The notes: generated by a model not told the origin, from the sequence alone. Positions 24,963 to 43,989 are shown, numbered from the stretch's first letter. The stretch: DNA of 64,000 nucleotides from Vicugna vicugna (GCA_013265495.1 MU058045.1:381241-445240); one strand, 5' to 3'. Made by a program: numbers and translations.

Positions 24963-25464
24963 GGGGCCCTGGTCTCTTGGTGGCTTGCCCAGGCTGCCGG
25001 CTCCCTACAGCAGCTCTCTGAGCACACACACACCCTCCCCCCTCCCCTCTGTCCCACCCTAAGCTGCTCCTCCCCCAGACCTGCCTCTCCTGCGGGGCTC
25101 TCACTTGATGCCCGTGCCACACAAATACTCCCATCCAGCTCTGACCACACCCCCACCTCTGGCTCCCCACCTCACCAGCCCCCAAACCCCTGATCTTTCC
25201 CTGCCCCCATTTGTCTTCTGACTCCCCACCCTGGCCGCAGCCCCCCAGGACACTGTGTTTACTGTACTCTGGGTGACGATGGATCCTGAATACCCCTCTT
25301 CAGGCACTGAGAGGGGCTGGATGCCAGAGAGACTGGGACTAGGCCAGGAGTTCCCAAATGTGAGGGGTAAGAGACCAAGGCAGGCTCCTCCCTTGATAAT
25401 TCCCTGTGGATTTTTAAAAGATATTATTTTTATTATTATTGTGACAAAATGTTGATAAGTGGAT

Positions 25465-25479
25465 ATTAAAGAGAATAAA
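25465..25479 (+). terminator. TNFSF12 polyadenylation signals
   Basis: ATTAAA 25465-25470 and AATAAA 25474-25479, after an AU-rich stretch at 25421-25440. Confidence 0.75.
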
Positions 25480-26651
25480 TCATGGCCACTCTCTTTATTG
25501 GGGCTTAGGGGACATCCTCAGGATAGCTGGGGGCTATGGGAAGGGGATCGGGGCATTGGGGATTGGGGTGCAGGACTCCTGGAACTCCAGGGCGACGTCT
25601 AGGCTCGACAGTGGGGACCTACCTGCCTCCAGCCCCGAAGCACGAGCAGAGTCAAAAGGCAAACTGCCAGGAAAAAAAATCAGTCCTCTGCCCAAGGTCC
25701 AGCAGAGGCAGCCTCATTTACCTAGGAGGCGGGCCTCATCCCACGGGGAATCCCTGGCTGGGAGGAGCAGGGGCCCTTCCTCTTGGCAGCCTCGGACATT
25801 CAGCAGGTGCTGGTACAAGCCCTGGCTGGGATGTGGGGTGGGAGCAGGCCGGGAGCGGGGCCCAGGGTCAGCAAGCAGGAAGCCAGGGCCCAGGAAGCCG
25901 GGAACCTGGGCCCCTGGGTTCAGGGGAGGAATCCTACAGCAGCAGGGTGCTCGGGGATCTTTCTCTCTTTGTCCAGAGCCTTATGTAAGAGCTCTTCTCG
26001 GGAAACAGGAAGTCTCGCTTGCCAAGTTCAGCACAGGGAGTAGTGCAGGCCTTATTCCAACACACCCGGCCTGGCCTTAACCCCAGAACTCAGCCAGTTT
26101 CTTGCTTCCTTGACCCTGGTTCTCCTCCCCACCGACCCCCTCCCCTCCTTTCCCACCTTTGGTCACTCCGAGCCAACTTCCCCAGAGAGCTTGCCTGTGC
26201 CTGAGCCAGAGGGTCTTCCACTCTCACCCCCTGACCCTCAACACTGTCCAGCTTGTCCCTCCATCCTGGCTCCTGGCACGATGCCCCAGAGCCAGCCAAC
26301 CTTCCCTCCCCCACTCCTGGGGCCGCCCCGGGGTTCCTGCGCTCTGGCCGCTCCTCCTGGGTGTCACTGGCAGCCCCGTCCTTCCTAGAGAGACTGATAG
26401 CAAATTCTCCTGAGGCTGGAGGACGGTGACGGGTCTCAGGACGTCACTGGCCCCACAGCGGAGTGCCAGGAACACCAACAGTGCCCTGAGCTTGCTTTCC
26501 GCCTCCCTCCTTTTTATTCTCAAGTTCCTTTTTACTTCTCCCTTGCGTAACGCCCTTCTTCCCTTCTGCACCAGCCTGCACCCCCACCCTCCCGGTCACC
26601 TCCTTGCCACCCCACTCCTCAGGCCACAGCTGTTGGCAGGGTCCTCAGCTC

Positions 26652-28614
26652 ATGCCAGCCTCATCTCCTTCCTCGCTAGCCCCCAAAGGGCCCCCAGGAG
26701 ACATGGGGTGCCAGGTCCGAGAGCCGGCAGTCTCAGTTGCCCTCTGGTTGAGTTGGGGGGCGGCTCTGGGGGCTGTGGCTTGTGCCATGGTTCTGCTGAC
26801 CCAACAAGCAGAGCTACAAACCCTAAGGAGAGAGGTGACCCGGCTGCAGAGGACCGGAGGGCCTTCCGAGGAGAGGGAAGGGTATCCATGGCTGAGACTC
26901 CGGGAGCAGGTGAGTGAGGGGAGAATGGCGTCTGGGAGAGAAGGATGGGTGCCAGGGCGGTCTCCAGGCCTCTTGGTTCCAGCTGCCTGGTTTGCAGAGT
27001 TTTGAATGGGTGCAAGAGAGGGTCCCGGGTTTGGAGGTCAAGGGAGCAACCATTCCAGGAAAGGAAATTGTTAAAGATTAATGCTTCTCGTACCTAACAG
27101 ATCCTGGAGGACAGCCAGCACCAAGACTCAGGTTGCTGGGAAAAGGTGCAGGAGAGATGTGAGGCATTTCTGGGGCAGAGGGAGGGCTGGGATAAAGGCT
27201 GTCTGTGACCCTTGCATTTGAGCCTAACCCTGACCCTCTTTCCACAAGCAGAGCCCTGATGGCCTGGAAGCCCGGGAGAATGGGGAGAGATTCCGGAGAA
27301 GGAGAGCAGTGCTCACCCGTAAACAGAAGAGTGAGGCCTCCGGGGTGCAGCAGGGGTGGGAGGTGATCAAGCAGCCTGGGATGTGGAGACCCCGACCCTG
27401 AGTCAGGGTGAGGGTTGGGGGCTGACAACAGGGCAACGGGGGTAGGTGGGCACTGCTAAGATTTCTTTCTTCTCTCCTCAGAGAGGCAGTCAGTTCTGCA
27501 TCTTGTTCCCATTAACATCACCTCCAAGGGTGAGCATTATTTTAAATCATGGCTTTTGGGGGAGGAGCAAGATCTAGGAATTGTGGGGCCGGCACCTGGG
27601 CCCGAGGGAATCTTAGAGGTGAAAGTGTCCCAGAAATCCTCATCCCACACTCCTCACCTCCAGAGGACTCTGATGTGACAAAGGTGATGTGGCAGCCAGC
27701 TCTCACGCGTGGGAGAGGCCTGGAGGCCCAAGGATATGTTGTTCGAGTCTGGGATGCTGGAGTTTATCTGCTGTACAGCCAGGTAACCCCAAACACCCCT
27801 GAGCCTCACCTGAGGGCCTGGAGGCCTGTTCTCCCAAAGCCTTATGTCCCCGGACTGAGGGTTTCCAACCGCTACTCATACCAGATTTAGAGGGCTCCTT
27901 CATTCCTTGGCTCCTAGAACTGAGCCAGGCCATCCGTTTTCTTCAGCATCTCCTCCCTTCCCTTCCAGGTCCTGTTTCACGATGTGACTTTCACCATGGG
28001 TCAGGTGGTATCTCGGGAGGGCCAGGGAAGGCAGGAGACTCTATTCCGATGTATACGAAGTATGCCCTCCAACCCCGACTGGGCCTACAATAGCTGCTAC
28101 AGCGCAGGTGAGAGATGTGTGCGCAGTGGACTGTGGATGTGAGGAGAGCGGGAGAGCTCTGGCCTGGGGGCAGTGCCTGGGGAGCTGTACCAGGGGTTGG
28201 AAGGCTGGGTGTAGAGGCAGATCTGAGGAATGAAGGACAGAATACCTTTTTCCTTACAGGAAGCATCACAAAGGCTAAACTGAGGGGGGGGTATAGCTCA
28301 GTGGTAGAGTGCATGCTTAGCATGCACAAAGTCCCGAGTTCAATCCCCAGTACCTCCGTTAAATAAATAAATAAATGAGCCTAATTACCTCCCCACCCCA
28401 CCAAAAAAAAAAAAAAAAAAGCTGAGCTGGAGATGGGAAGGTGAAACATCAGAGTATCTGCAAGGCTGTGCTTTACTGAGCTTACATATTCTCTCCTTTC
28501 TCAGGTGTCTTCCATTTACACCAAGGAGATATTCTGAGTGTTGTAATCCCTCGGGCAAGGGCGAAGCTTAGCCTTTCTCCACATGGAACCTTCCTGGGGG
28601 TTGTGAAACTGTGA
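26652..28614 (+). CDS. TNFSF13: TNF superfamily member 13 (APRIL), 250 aa, 6 exons
   Basis: Exons 26652-26909, 27252-27330, 27482-27529, 27664-27782, 27969-28107, 28505-28614 (753 nt). MPASSP..VALWLSWGAALGAVACAM, furin site RFRRRR/AVLT, SVLHLVPIN, YNSCYSAGVFHLHQGD, GTFLGVVKL*. Confidence 0.97.
28284..28420 (+). mobile_element. tRNA-derived SINE (Vic-1-like) in TNFSF13 intron 5
   Basis: Head GGGGGGGTATAGCTCAGTGGTAGAG..GAGTTCAATCCCCAGTACCTCC, poly-A tail, degenerate TSD aggctaaactga / aagctgagctgg. Confidence 0.88.
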
Positions 28615-29449
28615 TTGTGTTGCAAAAGATGGTTCTGAGCTTGGAAGACCAGGGTGGGTACGTTTTATAGACAGCCAAGAGCTGACTTGACAAAGGACAG
28701 GGAATACGCAGGAACAGAGGCCTCTTTTGGGTTTGACAGGAATCCAGGCTTTGACAGCTCATGACTCTCCCTTCCTCCCTTTTCTCTTTCCACCTCCACC
28801 TTCACCCCCAGGACTTTGAATTCATGGATATTAAAGAGATTTTTAAAACCTTGCTTTTATTCTCCATCCAGCCCCAAATTCTTGAGGGAGCTGGGGGGTG
28901 GTGATGCCAGGCATTGTCTAGACTAGCTGGGTCCCACTGGAATGCTTCCAGAACAGCACCACCATCTAGCGGCAGTTTGAGACAATCATCCTGTGTGTTA
29001 GCAGAAGTCCAGGAAGCCTCCCTCCACTCAGGAAAACTCCTGGTTCCCTATGCCAAACCTCTCTCCAGGTACCCTCTACCTCTTCACCCCACAAGAAGCC
29101 TCATCCTCATTTCCCTCTCTCCATCAATTGTGCTCCAGTTTCCATCACTAACTCCAGCGGTGCAACTATTATGTGCCCGTCTGCAGAGGGTGCCTGGCAA
29201 TGACGGTCCCCTCGGATCCACATTATTACTCCTCGGGTCTCAGCGTTGCCTTTCCTGCTCTCCATTGCCCTGGCGTGGCAGGCCACTCTAAACCTGTCTG
29301 TGCTGGGACCGGTCGCCGAGGAGCCTTGGATGAATCGTACGCCCTGGTGCTGGTCCTGTCTCCCTGAATTCTCCTTTCTGTGCAAAACCTGCCTAAAGAT
29401 AAAAAAATAAAGGAGAATAAATAAAGCTCGGATCCATTTCTCCCACTGC

Positions 29450-30300
29450 TTTGCCTCGGCTCCTCAGCCCGTACTGGGATTTCCCCGCCCTCCCGGCCCT
29501 CATCTGACGCGCCTCACTGAGCAACGTGTTGCTGCCAGCGCGTGGAAGGCAGGGCTACACAGCGCGGGGGCGGGGCGCAGGAGAGCGGCACGAGGCACGC
29601 AGGCGCAAAAGAGCGAGTGGCGGGGCCGCCCCGCGCGGCTCCGGTCGAGAGGGTGTGCGCAGGCGCAGCCCTGCGTGAGTCTCGTGGGCGGGACGGTCCT
29701 TTGGCGTCTAAGTTCTCGGGTAGGCGGGAATAGGCGCGTGGTGGCCGCGCCGGCGCTGTTCGCCGGGTGTGACGTACTAATTGTGCGCCGCCACCGCCGG
29801 TGGGCCTGGGGCTCGCGGGAGGGGAAGGAGGAGGAGGGGGAGGTGGTGGAGGTGGAAGCTGAAGCAGAGCAAGCGGCAGCTGCGGCGGGGCGGCTCGGCG
29901 GCGCGGCGCGCGGCCCAGAGGCGTTGGAATCCTGAATTGAGACGGCTGCGCCTGAAGACAGCAGGAGTGGCGGGGCCGCTGCCGTCGCCGGAGAGATGAG
30001 CCGGGAAGCCTGAGGCCAGAGACGCCCGCCCTCGGGCCTGTCCGCCCGGCTTCCCCGCTCCCGGTGAGGACGCCCCCCCCAGCTCTGCCGCAGCCTCTCC
30101 CATTTCTGGACCTCATTCCCACCCAACCGGGGCCCACGAGGCCCTCGAAGGGGCTTCTTAAAGCCCTTGCACGCCGAGCCCCCCGAACCTATAGGACCAT
30201 ACCGGTGTTGGGACGCATTCTGGTCCCCGGGGACGGAGCAGGAGAGGGGGCTGGGCCAGCCTGGCTCGGCTCAGTTCTGTCCCAGCGCCTTGATTCGACT
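29450..30300. promoter_or_regulatory. SENP3 CpG-island promoter and non-coding exon 1
   Basis: CpG-dense; NRF1-like TGCGCAGGCGCA at 29656-29667; GC boxes; donor ccg|gtgagg at 30063/30064; acceptor before the ATG exon at 30872-30873. Confidence 0.75.
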
Positions 30301-30884
30301 GCCTAAGTGCCAGTTCAGTTCTCTTGTAGTTTCCTTTAAAATCCTTCCCTTTTCGTTAGATTCTAGTACCTGAGCCATAGCCCTGGTATCACCATTCCCT
30401 CTTGAGACGACCTGAGCATGCTCACACCCCTCCATTCATTCCAGGGTCATAGAGAACTCTTCCCACTTTAGACCACGGTTTCCCTGTGGAAGTCAAGTAT
30501 CTCTGTACCGTGTCAGGATTCCCGTACTGAGCCATCTCCTTTATTAGTCTCTCAACTAGGACATCCTGGTGATATTTAAATAGAGAAGTACAGCCTGAAA
30601 ATACTGGATTTGACCTAGGGATCTGAGAAATAAGAGCCCAGAGGCCTGTTACTTAACCATTCTCCCTTGCTTCTATCCAGGCAGGAGAGAGATGGTGGCA
30701 CAGACAGTAGAAGGCATCTTGTGGACTGTGTTAACTGGGAAGATCTGTAGTTAGGAGTTTTTTGGGTTTTCCTCAGTTTATTTGCATCTGACTGCAGAAG
30801 AGGCATGCTGAGGAAGAGCAGGATCTGGGGTATTGGATGTTTGAATTCTGACACCCTGACCTTTGTTTTACAGGCTACTGGAAG

Positions 30885-33800
30885 ATGAAAGAGACTATAC
30901 AAGGGACCGGGTCTTGGGGGCCTGAGCCTCCTGGACCCGGCATAACCCCAGCTTACTCAAGTCCCAGGCGGGAGCGTCTTCGTTGGCCCCCACCCCCCAA
31001 ACCCCGACTCAAATCAGGTGGAGGGTTTGGGCCAGATCCTGGGTCAGGGACCACAATGCCAGCCAGACGCCTCCCTGTCCCCCGGCCTTCTTTTGATGCC
31101 TCAGCTAGTGAAGAGGAGGAAGAAGAAGAGGAGGACGAAGATGAAGATGAGGAAGAGGAAGTGGCAGCCTGGAGGCTGCCCCCCAGATGGGGTCAGCTGG
31201 GAACCCCCCAGCGGCCTCGCCCTCCCCGTCCTACTCATCGGAAAACCTGTTCACAGCGCCGTCGCAGAGCTATGAGAGCCTTCCAGATGCTGCTCTACTC
31301 AAAAAGCACCTCGCTGACATTCCACTGGAAGCTTTGGGGGCGCCACCGGGGCCGGCGGCGGAGCCTCGCACACCCCAAGAACCATCTTTCACCCCAGGAA
31401 GGGGGTGCGACCCCACAGGTGCCCTCTCCCTGCTGTCGTTTTGACTCCCCCCGGGGACCACCTCCACCCCGGCTGGGTCTGCTAGGTGCTCTCATGGCTG
31501 AGGATGGGGTGAGAGGGTCTCCACCAGTGCCCTCTGGGCCCCCCATGGAGGAAGATGGATTAAGGTGGACTCCAAAGTCTCCTTTGGACCCTGACTCGGG
31601 TAAGATGGAAATGGGGCAGAGGGGCTGGGGAGGGCTAGATCCTGGGGGGACCAGGAACCTCTTGCTGTGGAGAACTAGATCTAAGGAAAGTAGGATGGCA
31701 GAGTGAGGGGGTCCAGAATAGCTGTGAAAGGTTTTAAGTCCCACTTTGAGCAGGAGCTAAGTCTGGGGAGAGAGTCAAGGCTGGGATACAGAATCCCTAA
31801 GTAGCTGTCATATGTGTAGATGAGAAAGGGAGTCATGGTTTAGAAAAGTCAGACAATCTTGTCCACTTGAAATCCCTCTTCACCTGGCCTCTCAGGATAA
31901 GGGCCTCTGTAGGTACATCTCCAGAGGGTGCCATTCTTACAGTGGTGGGATGGGGTCTGAGTAGTGTGTGTGACACTCTCACTCAGAGTATTTCTTTTTT
32001 GGAGAATCCCAACAAAACAACTTCAGGCTCTCTATGTCTTTAAGTAATTATTTGACTATTTATCAAGCCTTTGCTGTGTGCAAGGACTATGCTAGGTACT
32101 AGTGGTGACAGATATCTCTGAAATTTATTTCTCTCTGAATCCTAGTCTTTTCTTGCTTTCCTCCTGTTTATGAATACAGGCATACCTCGTTTTATTGCAC
32201 TTCACTTTACTGTGCTTTGAATACATTGCATTTTTTACAAATTGAAGGTTTGTGGCAACACTGAGTAGCGCAAGTCTGTCAGTGCCATTTTCCCAGCAGT
32301 ATTTGCTCAGTTCACGTTTGTGTCACATTTTGATAATTCTTGCAGTATTTCAAAGGCTACAACTCACTGACGGCTCAGATGATGGTTAGCATTTTTAGCA
32401 ACAAAGCCTTTTTAAATTAGTGTATACACGTTGATTTTTTTAGACATAATGCTTATTGCACACTTAATAGACTACAGTATAGTATAAATGTAAGGTTTTT
32501 TTGCACTGGAAAACTGAAAAACTTGTGATTTGATTTATTACAATAGTCACTTTATTGTAATGGTCTGGAAACAAATCCACAATATCTCTGAGGTATGCCT
32601 GTAGTGACTCTTCCTCTCTGTCCTTTATAACCTCTTGGGCATGCTCATCTTATGCTTTAGGGTATCCATTCCTTAGAGATTATATCAGTAGATTTCTGTT
32701 TTAATTCATCCTTCTTGTGGTCTTATAATTTGTGTTCATCATTTAACCTTCCCATTGTCCTTTGATCTGAGACAGTTTCTTGCTTTCATCCTGTTTCCCC
32801 TGCCCTACAGGCCTTCTCTCTTGTACTCTGCCCAATGGCTTTGGGGGACCACCTGGGCCAGAAGGGGAGCGGAGTCTGGCACCCCCTGATGCCAGCATCC
32901 TCATCAGCAATGTGTGCAGCATCGGGGACCATGTGGCCCAGGAGCTTTTTCAGGGCTCAGATTTGGGCACTACAGAGGAAGCAGAGCGGCCTGGGGAGAA
33001 AGCTGGCCAGCACAGCCCCCTGCGGGAGGAGCATGTCACCTGTGTGCAGAGTAAGGAACCCTAGAGGATCTAGTCTCTTTCCTTCAGCCAACTCCTAGAT
33101 CAGAGTCTGGAGGCCTTACCCCACTCTTCTCTCCCTCCTCCACTCAGGCATCTTGGATGAATTCCTTCAAACTTACGGCAGCCTTATCCCCCTTAGCACT
33201 GATGAGGTAGTAGAGAAATTGGAGGACATTTTCCAGCAGGAGTTCTCTACACCTTCCAGGTAAGGCATGAGAGAGATGATCATTAGAAGAGGGCTGGGAC
33301 CTGGGAGATGGGGTGAGAACGCTGCTGCCTTTTCTCCCATAGGGATGTAGTTGGGGAGAAGGAGAAAGCTAGGACTGAAGGGGAGGACTCTGCAGACAAG
33401 GTGTAAGCCCCTGTAAGCCAACTGGGAGGGTCATTACTGGGACCCTGAAATACTACGTGTACCTGAGTATTCATGTGCGTCTTACTGGGGAGTTGGGCTT
33501 TAGTAGTTTCTCAGAAGGACACACAACACCTCCCCAAACCTGAAAAAAAAAAAAAAGGTTAGTTTAGGTTCTTATTCTGGGCAGTAGAAGGTACTTCTGT
33601 GTGCCTTAGCCCCCTCATCTCTTGTGTGACTCCACCCTTGGCCTACCCAGGAAGGGCCTGGTGCTGCAGCTGATCCAGTCATACCAGCGGATGCCAGGCA
33701 ATGCCATGGTGAGGGGCTTCCGAGTCACCTATAAGCGGCATGTGCTGACCATGGACGACTTGGGGACCTTGTATGGACAGAACTGGCTCAATGACCAGGT

Positions 33801-36800
33801 AAGGAGATGTGGAGAAACAGACCCAAGAGGGGATTCAGGGAGCAGGGTGTGTAGGGCCCTCTGCATGGGAGAGCCCTGTACCCATGCCCCAACCTCCATG
33901 GCAAGTTGCCTTCTGTCTTCTCCCCAGGTGATGAACATGTATGGAGACCTGGTCATGGACACAGTCCCTGAAAAGGTAGGCCTAACCAGATGCTCCAGTC
34001 CGTGGAAGAATTTCTGCAGTTCTAAGCAGCTTAATCAGTCCCTTTCATCTCTTCCATTTTATATAAAGAGAGTTTTTGTTTCTGGGGAGAGGTGGTAGAA
34101 GGTAATTTGTTAAATTCAAATCTGTAATCTTGGTCCTAAATTTATCAGTTCTGTTCCTTTCCTCTAGTCTTCGGTGTTTTTCTCCTATGGCTAACCCGAC
34201 AAATTGGGGTGGGAAGCTATAAGATAAGATCAAAAACAATTTTGTGTTTTTACCCTCAGTGAGTTGAAAACAACTGGAGTTTGCTGAAAGCAGTTCTTAG
34301 GGTCATAATGAAGTGGAGTGGGCTGGGGAGAGGACATTTAGCAGGAGGGCCTGCGGTCTTTTAATTCTATCCAGCTCTTTTGTGTCATTGGCACAGGTAC
34401 ATTTCTTCAACAGTTTCTTCTACGATAAACTCCGTACCAAGGGTTATGATGGGGTGAAAAGGTGGACCAAAAACGTGAGTTATGAATTTACATCTACTTG
34501 TGTATCACTTTCCCTCTAAAGAATTAGAGTTTTGTTTCCTGTGAGCCCTTTCCCCAACCCTGTTCACGCAGTCTCTCAAATATTTAGTAATTGTCTTCTG
34601 TGTGCCAGGTGCTATTCTGGGTACTAAGGATACAGTATTAAATAAGGAAAACTTCTTGCCTTTATGGGGTGAGAATAAATAAGCAAGTTAAATTTCTGTT
34701 ACTGATAAGTGGTGTGAACAAATTAAAACAGTAATGTAGTAGCCTGGGAAGCAGGGACTTTACATTGGGTGGTCTGGGAAGGCCTCTCTTACTGAGATTT
34801 GAATGATGAGAAGCCAACCATGTGCAGATCTGGTGCAAGAGTATACTCAGTAGAGGGAACAGCAAGTCTGTGGGACACAGAGCGAGAAAGAACATTTGAG
34901 GAACAGAAGGCCCATGTGAGTGCCTATGTGGCTGGAGCAGAGTGAGCAAAGGGAAAATGATACAGAGTTTTTGTCAGAGAGCAGATCGTGTGAGGCGTGG
35001 AGGGTAGGCTGAGGAGAGTGGGTCTTAATCTGTGTTTTGAGAAGCCATTGAAGAGTTTTAAGCAGACTGTGTTAAACTCCTGTTCAGTGATAGGTTGAAA
35101 GGGGGCAAGAGTGGAAGCAGGCAGATCGACCAGCATAGCACAGAAGTCCAGGTGAGAAACATGGACCAGAGTGGTAAAGGTAGAAATAGAAGTAGTTTAA
35201 TCTCGGATAAATTTTGCAAGTAGAACCGACAGGACTTTCTGACAGACTGGACATGAGAAATGAAGAAACGACAGGAATCAAGGATGATGCTTAGAGTTTT
35301 GGCCTAAGTTACTGGGGAAAATAATTAGGGGGGGAGCAGGTTTGGTGAGGGGAAAAAAAGAGTTCTTTTCCCCTCTAATTAGTTTACCTGTTCTCCCATT
35401 CAAAGGCCAGGAAATTACAATGAGGTGGGACGGTTGGCTCCAGCTTTTCTTAATTCCTGTCCCCAGGTTCAAGAGTTTAACTTTACACCCTCAGGAACCT
35501 GGCAGGCCTTCTTCTCCTGGTAGAGGTGGGGTGACATGCAGTGGAAAGAACTGGGCCTTTATATGCCTTTGTTTAAATCCAACCTCTGCCATTTCTTCCA
35601 CGACCTTGGGCAAGTCACTTTACTTTTCCAAGCCAGCTTCCTCATGGTTGACGTGTGAATTTCCTCACAGGATTGTTGTGAGCATTAACTGATTGAGCAT
35701 TTTCTAGGTGCCACACATTGTTCTTAGTGTATCATAGATATTAACTAGTTTAATCTTCGTAACAAACAGGTGAGGGTAGGTACTGTTATTTTCATCCTTT
35801 CACAGAAAAGGGAACTGAGGTACAGAGAGTTCTTAAATAATTTGCCTGTGGTCATAAGCTATTAAATGGAAGAGCTGGGTTTGAACCCTTAGAGTCTGGC
35901 TCCAGGATCCTGAGCCTGGGTTCTTAGCTACTAAGCACTTGCTTGTTCTGGCACTACCTCCATTTCCTGTCTTCCTCCCTTATCCTAGGAATCCAGACAT
36001 CCAGATGTTGAGCCTTGTCTCAAAGTCTAGTGACTGGGCCTTGAGTTCTCCCAGTTGGCTCCTTGCCTGCTCCTCCATTCCTCTTTAGAACCCTCCTGGC
36101 AACAGGCAGGAATTTTGTGCCGTCTTACCTGACCTCCGGCACTGTCTCCTTAGGTGGACATCTTCAATAAGGAGCTACTGCTAATCCCTATCCACCTGGA
36201 GGTGCACTGGTCCCTCATCTCTGTTGATGTGAGGCGGCGCACCATCACCTATTTTGACTCGCAGCGCACCCTAAACCGCCGCTGCCCTAAGGTTTGAAAG
36301 GGAAGAGCAGAATGTGGCGGGGAGATCCAGTGGCAAGGCATTTCAGGCAGAAGGGTGGGTTTGGGGTCTTAGAGAAGCAGCCTGGGCTTGGTGCCTTGAC
36401 CACCACACCCTGGGTTCAGTAGGGCATCACTTCCTCCTTGTCTCCACCTACACAGCATATTGCCAAGTATCTACAGGCAGAGGCAGTGAAGAAAGACCGG
36501 CTGGATTTCCACCAGGGCTGGAAAGGTTACTTCAAAATGGTAAGTTTCAAGAGGAGGGTTATGGAGTGAGGGGTGGGGGACAGGAAGTGATAGGAGTTAG
36601 AAGCTGAAGTCATACCCTAAGGTCTCCAGATGAAGGGCCTACCTACCTACCTTTTCATTCTCTAGAATGTGGCAAGGCAGAATAATGACAGTGACTGTGG
36701 CGCCTTTGTGTTGCAGGTAAGCAGGTATCAGTTGGGTTAGAAGGTTGCAAGGGAGGCGGGAAGCTGGTCTGCATCCCTCACGGCCACTAGTGGAGCAGGA

Positions 36801-37276
36801 GTAATGTTATGCGTTAATGCAGAAACCCTGATTTCATTGGTCCTCTCTTGGCTTCCCCATACTACTTTGGGACTGGGTCTGTGGTCCCTGGTCTCTGGCC
36901 CTGATGTAGCTGCCTCCTGATCCCCAGTGCAAAGTTTTCTCTGTTAACACTAGCTATTGCATATACTAAATAGGAATTTTGGCTTTAGAGTCAGGTCCTT
37001 TTTTTTTGAGCCCCAATCTACGGGACTTTGGCTTCCTGTTTGTGAAATGAGAATATTCTTGGAAAGATTCAGGGAAATGTGTATCATATGAAATGTGTAG
37101 CACGGGTCCTGACTTGGGGGGATGCTCGGTAGGTGGTTCTTATGGCCTGCTTTGTTAACACCCAGTATTGCAAGCACCTGGCCCTGTCTCAGCCATTCAG
37201 CTTCACCCAGCAGGACATGCCCAAACTTCGTCGACAGATCTACAAGGAGCTGTGTCACTGCAAACTCACTGTGTGA
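30885..37276 (+). CDS. SENP3: SUMO-specific protease 3, 574 aa, 10 coding exons
   Basis: Exons 30885-31599, 32811-33050, 33148-33259, 33651-33798, 33928-33975, 34397-34474, 36154-36291, 36456-36539, 36666-36716, 37166-37276 (1725 nt). Ulp1/C48 motifs [19 protein letters not shown] and QNNDSDCG. PolyA signal AATAAA at 37575-37580. Confidence 0.97.
32177..32601. mobile_element. Internally deleted Tigger1-type (TcMar) DNA transposon
   Basis: Terminal inverted repeats CAGGCATACCTC / GAGGTATGCCTG flanked by TA duplications (32175-32176, 32602-32603). Confidence 0.85.
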
Positions 37277-38079
37277 GCCTCGTATCCCAGGCCTCAAGCC
37301 CATTCATTAATGGGCAGGGGGACATGGGAGACCCTTCTTTCCCAAGAAACTCCAGTTCCTTTCCTCTCTTGCCTCTTCCCACCCAATTCCCTTTGGTTTT
37401 TCATATTTAAATGTTTTAATTTTTTTTTTCCTTTGAGAGAATACTTGTTATTTCTTATGTTCAGGGGGTGGCCATGGAAAATCCCCGTTTTCCCTCTGTC
37501 TGCAGGGGAGTATGGCCTTGTGGCCTGGGTGGGGCAGTCATCTCCCTTCCGTGTGACACGGTCCTGCTCTCGTCAATAAAGGATCCTTTGGAGATACATG
37601 GTGGTGGTCTTCCTTAAGGGGTCTCAAGTGGATATCTCAGGCTTTCCTCCAGCCAGTGCTGTTAGCTACCCTTTTATGGGTCGAGACTTCAGGGACCAGC
37701 TTTCCATCGTGGCTCAGATAGTGCCAGCACCATATCCTCAACCAAAAGTATCCCCCAGTCTTGGGAGTCGGGGCTGGAAGGCGGGAAAGTCGGTAAGCCT
37801 CAAACATAAGAGAATTTGAGCGGTGCTAAAGTTGGGGAAACGGGACACTTAAGGAACGGGCCAGGATTCATGATCTTAATCCTGGAAGTCAGTTATTCCA
37901 TTCCTCCGCCCTCCAACCAGAGGAACCCTCCCAGCTGCTAGGGTACGGCTCCCGATTCCACATCCCTGTACACTTGGAACACATCGGGGTTGGCGTCCGA
38001 CTTATCATTACTGCCACAGAGAATAAAGTGGGTTCAGGGGAGACCTGGAGCAGAGGTGGAGAGAAGTGGTAGTCTCGGG

Positions 38080-38460
38080 AGCCCGGAAATCCCTGTAGGC
38101 TGAAGCCTCGCCTCCCTTGCGTGATAGGGCCTGCTCGGCCACGTGACTAGGGCACGCTCGCCTCCGCACGTGTAGGGGTGCAGGGCCCCAAGATGGCTGC
38201 CAGGCCGCGAGGCCTGACTCCTATAAGTCACTTCCGTACCGGCGAGAAAGGCGGGCCCTTTAGCCAATGAGGCAGCGGGGCTGGTCCTCATCTTGACAGG
38301 CGTTCAAGTTACCCAATGGTGGCTGCGTGCCAGAGCGCCTACGAACTCACGTCACGCCGAGTCTCTGAGCGGCGGCGGGCGGGGCCGAGGCGGCCAAGCC
38401 AATGCAATGGCTGGGGCGGGGTCGGGCGCTCTATAAGTTGTCGATAGGCGGGCACTCCGC
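38080..38460 (+). promoter_or_regulatory. EIF4A1 promoter (start of a CpG island extending to about 39720)
   Basis: E-boxes CACGTG at 38140-38145 and 38167-38172; CCAAT boxes at about 38263, 38313 and 38399; GC boxes; TATA-like TATAAG at 38432-38437. Confidence 0.75.
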
Positions 38461-38477
38461 CCTAGTTTCTAAGGATC

Positions 38478-43989
<5,512 letters not shown>

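Noticed and set aside
29500..30137. Overlapping ORFs of about 200 aa at the SENP3 5' end (similarly at 17283-18464 and 38862-39725)
   Set aside because: Expected stop-codon depletion in CpG islands; these regions are promoter, 5' UTR or intron.
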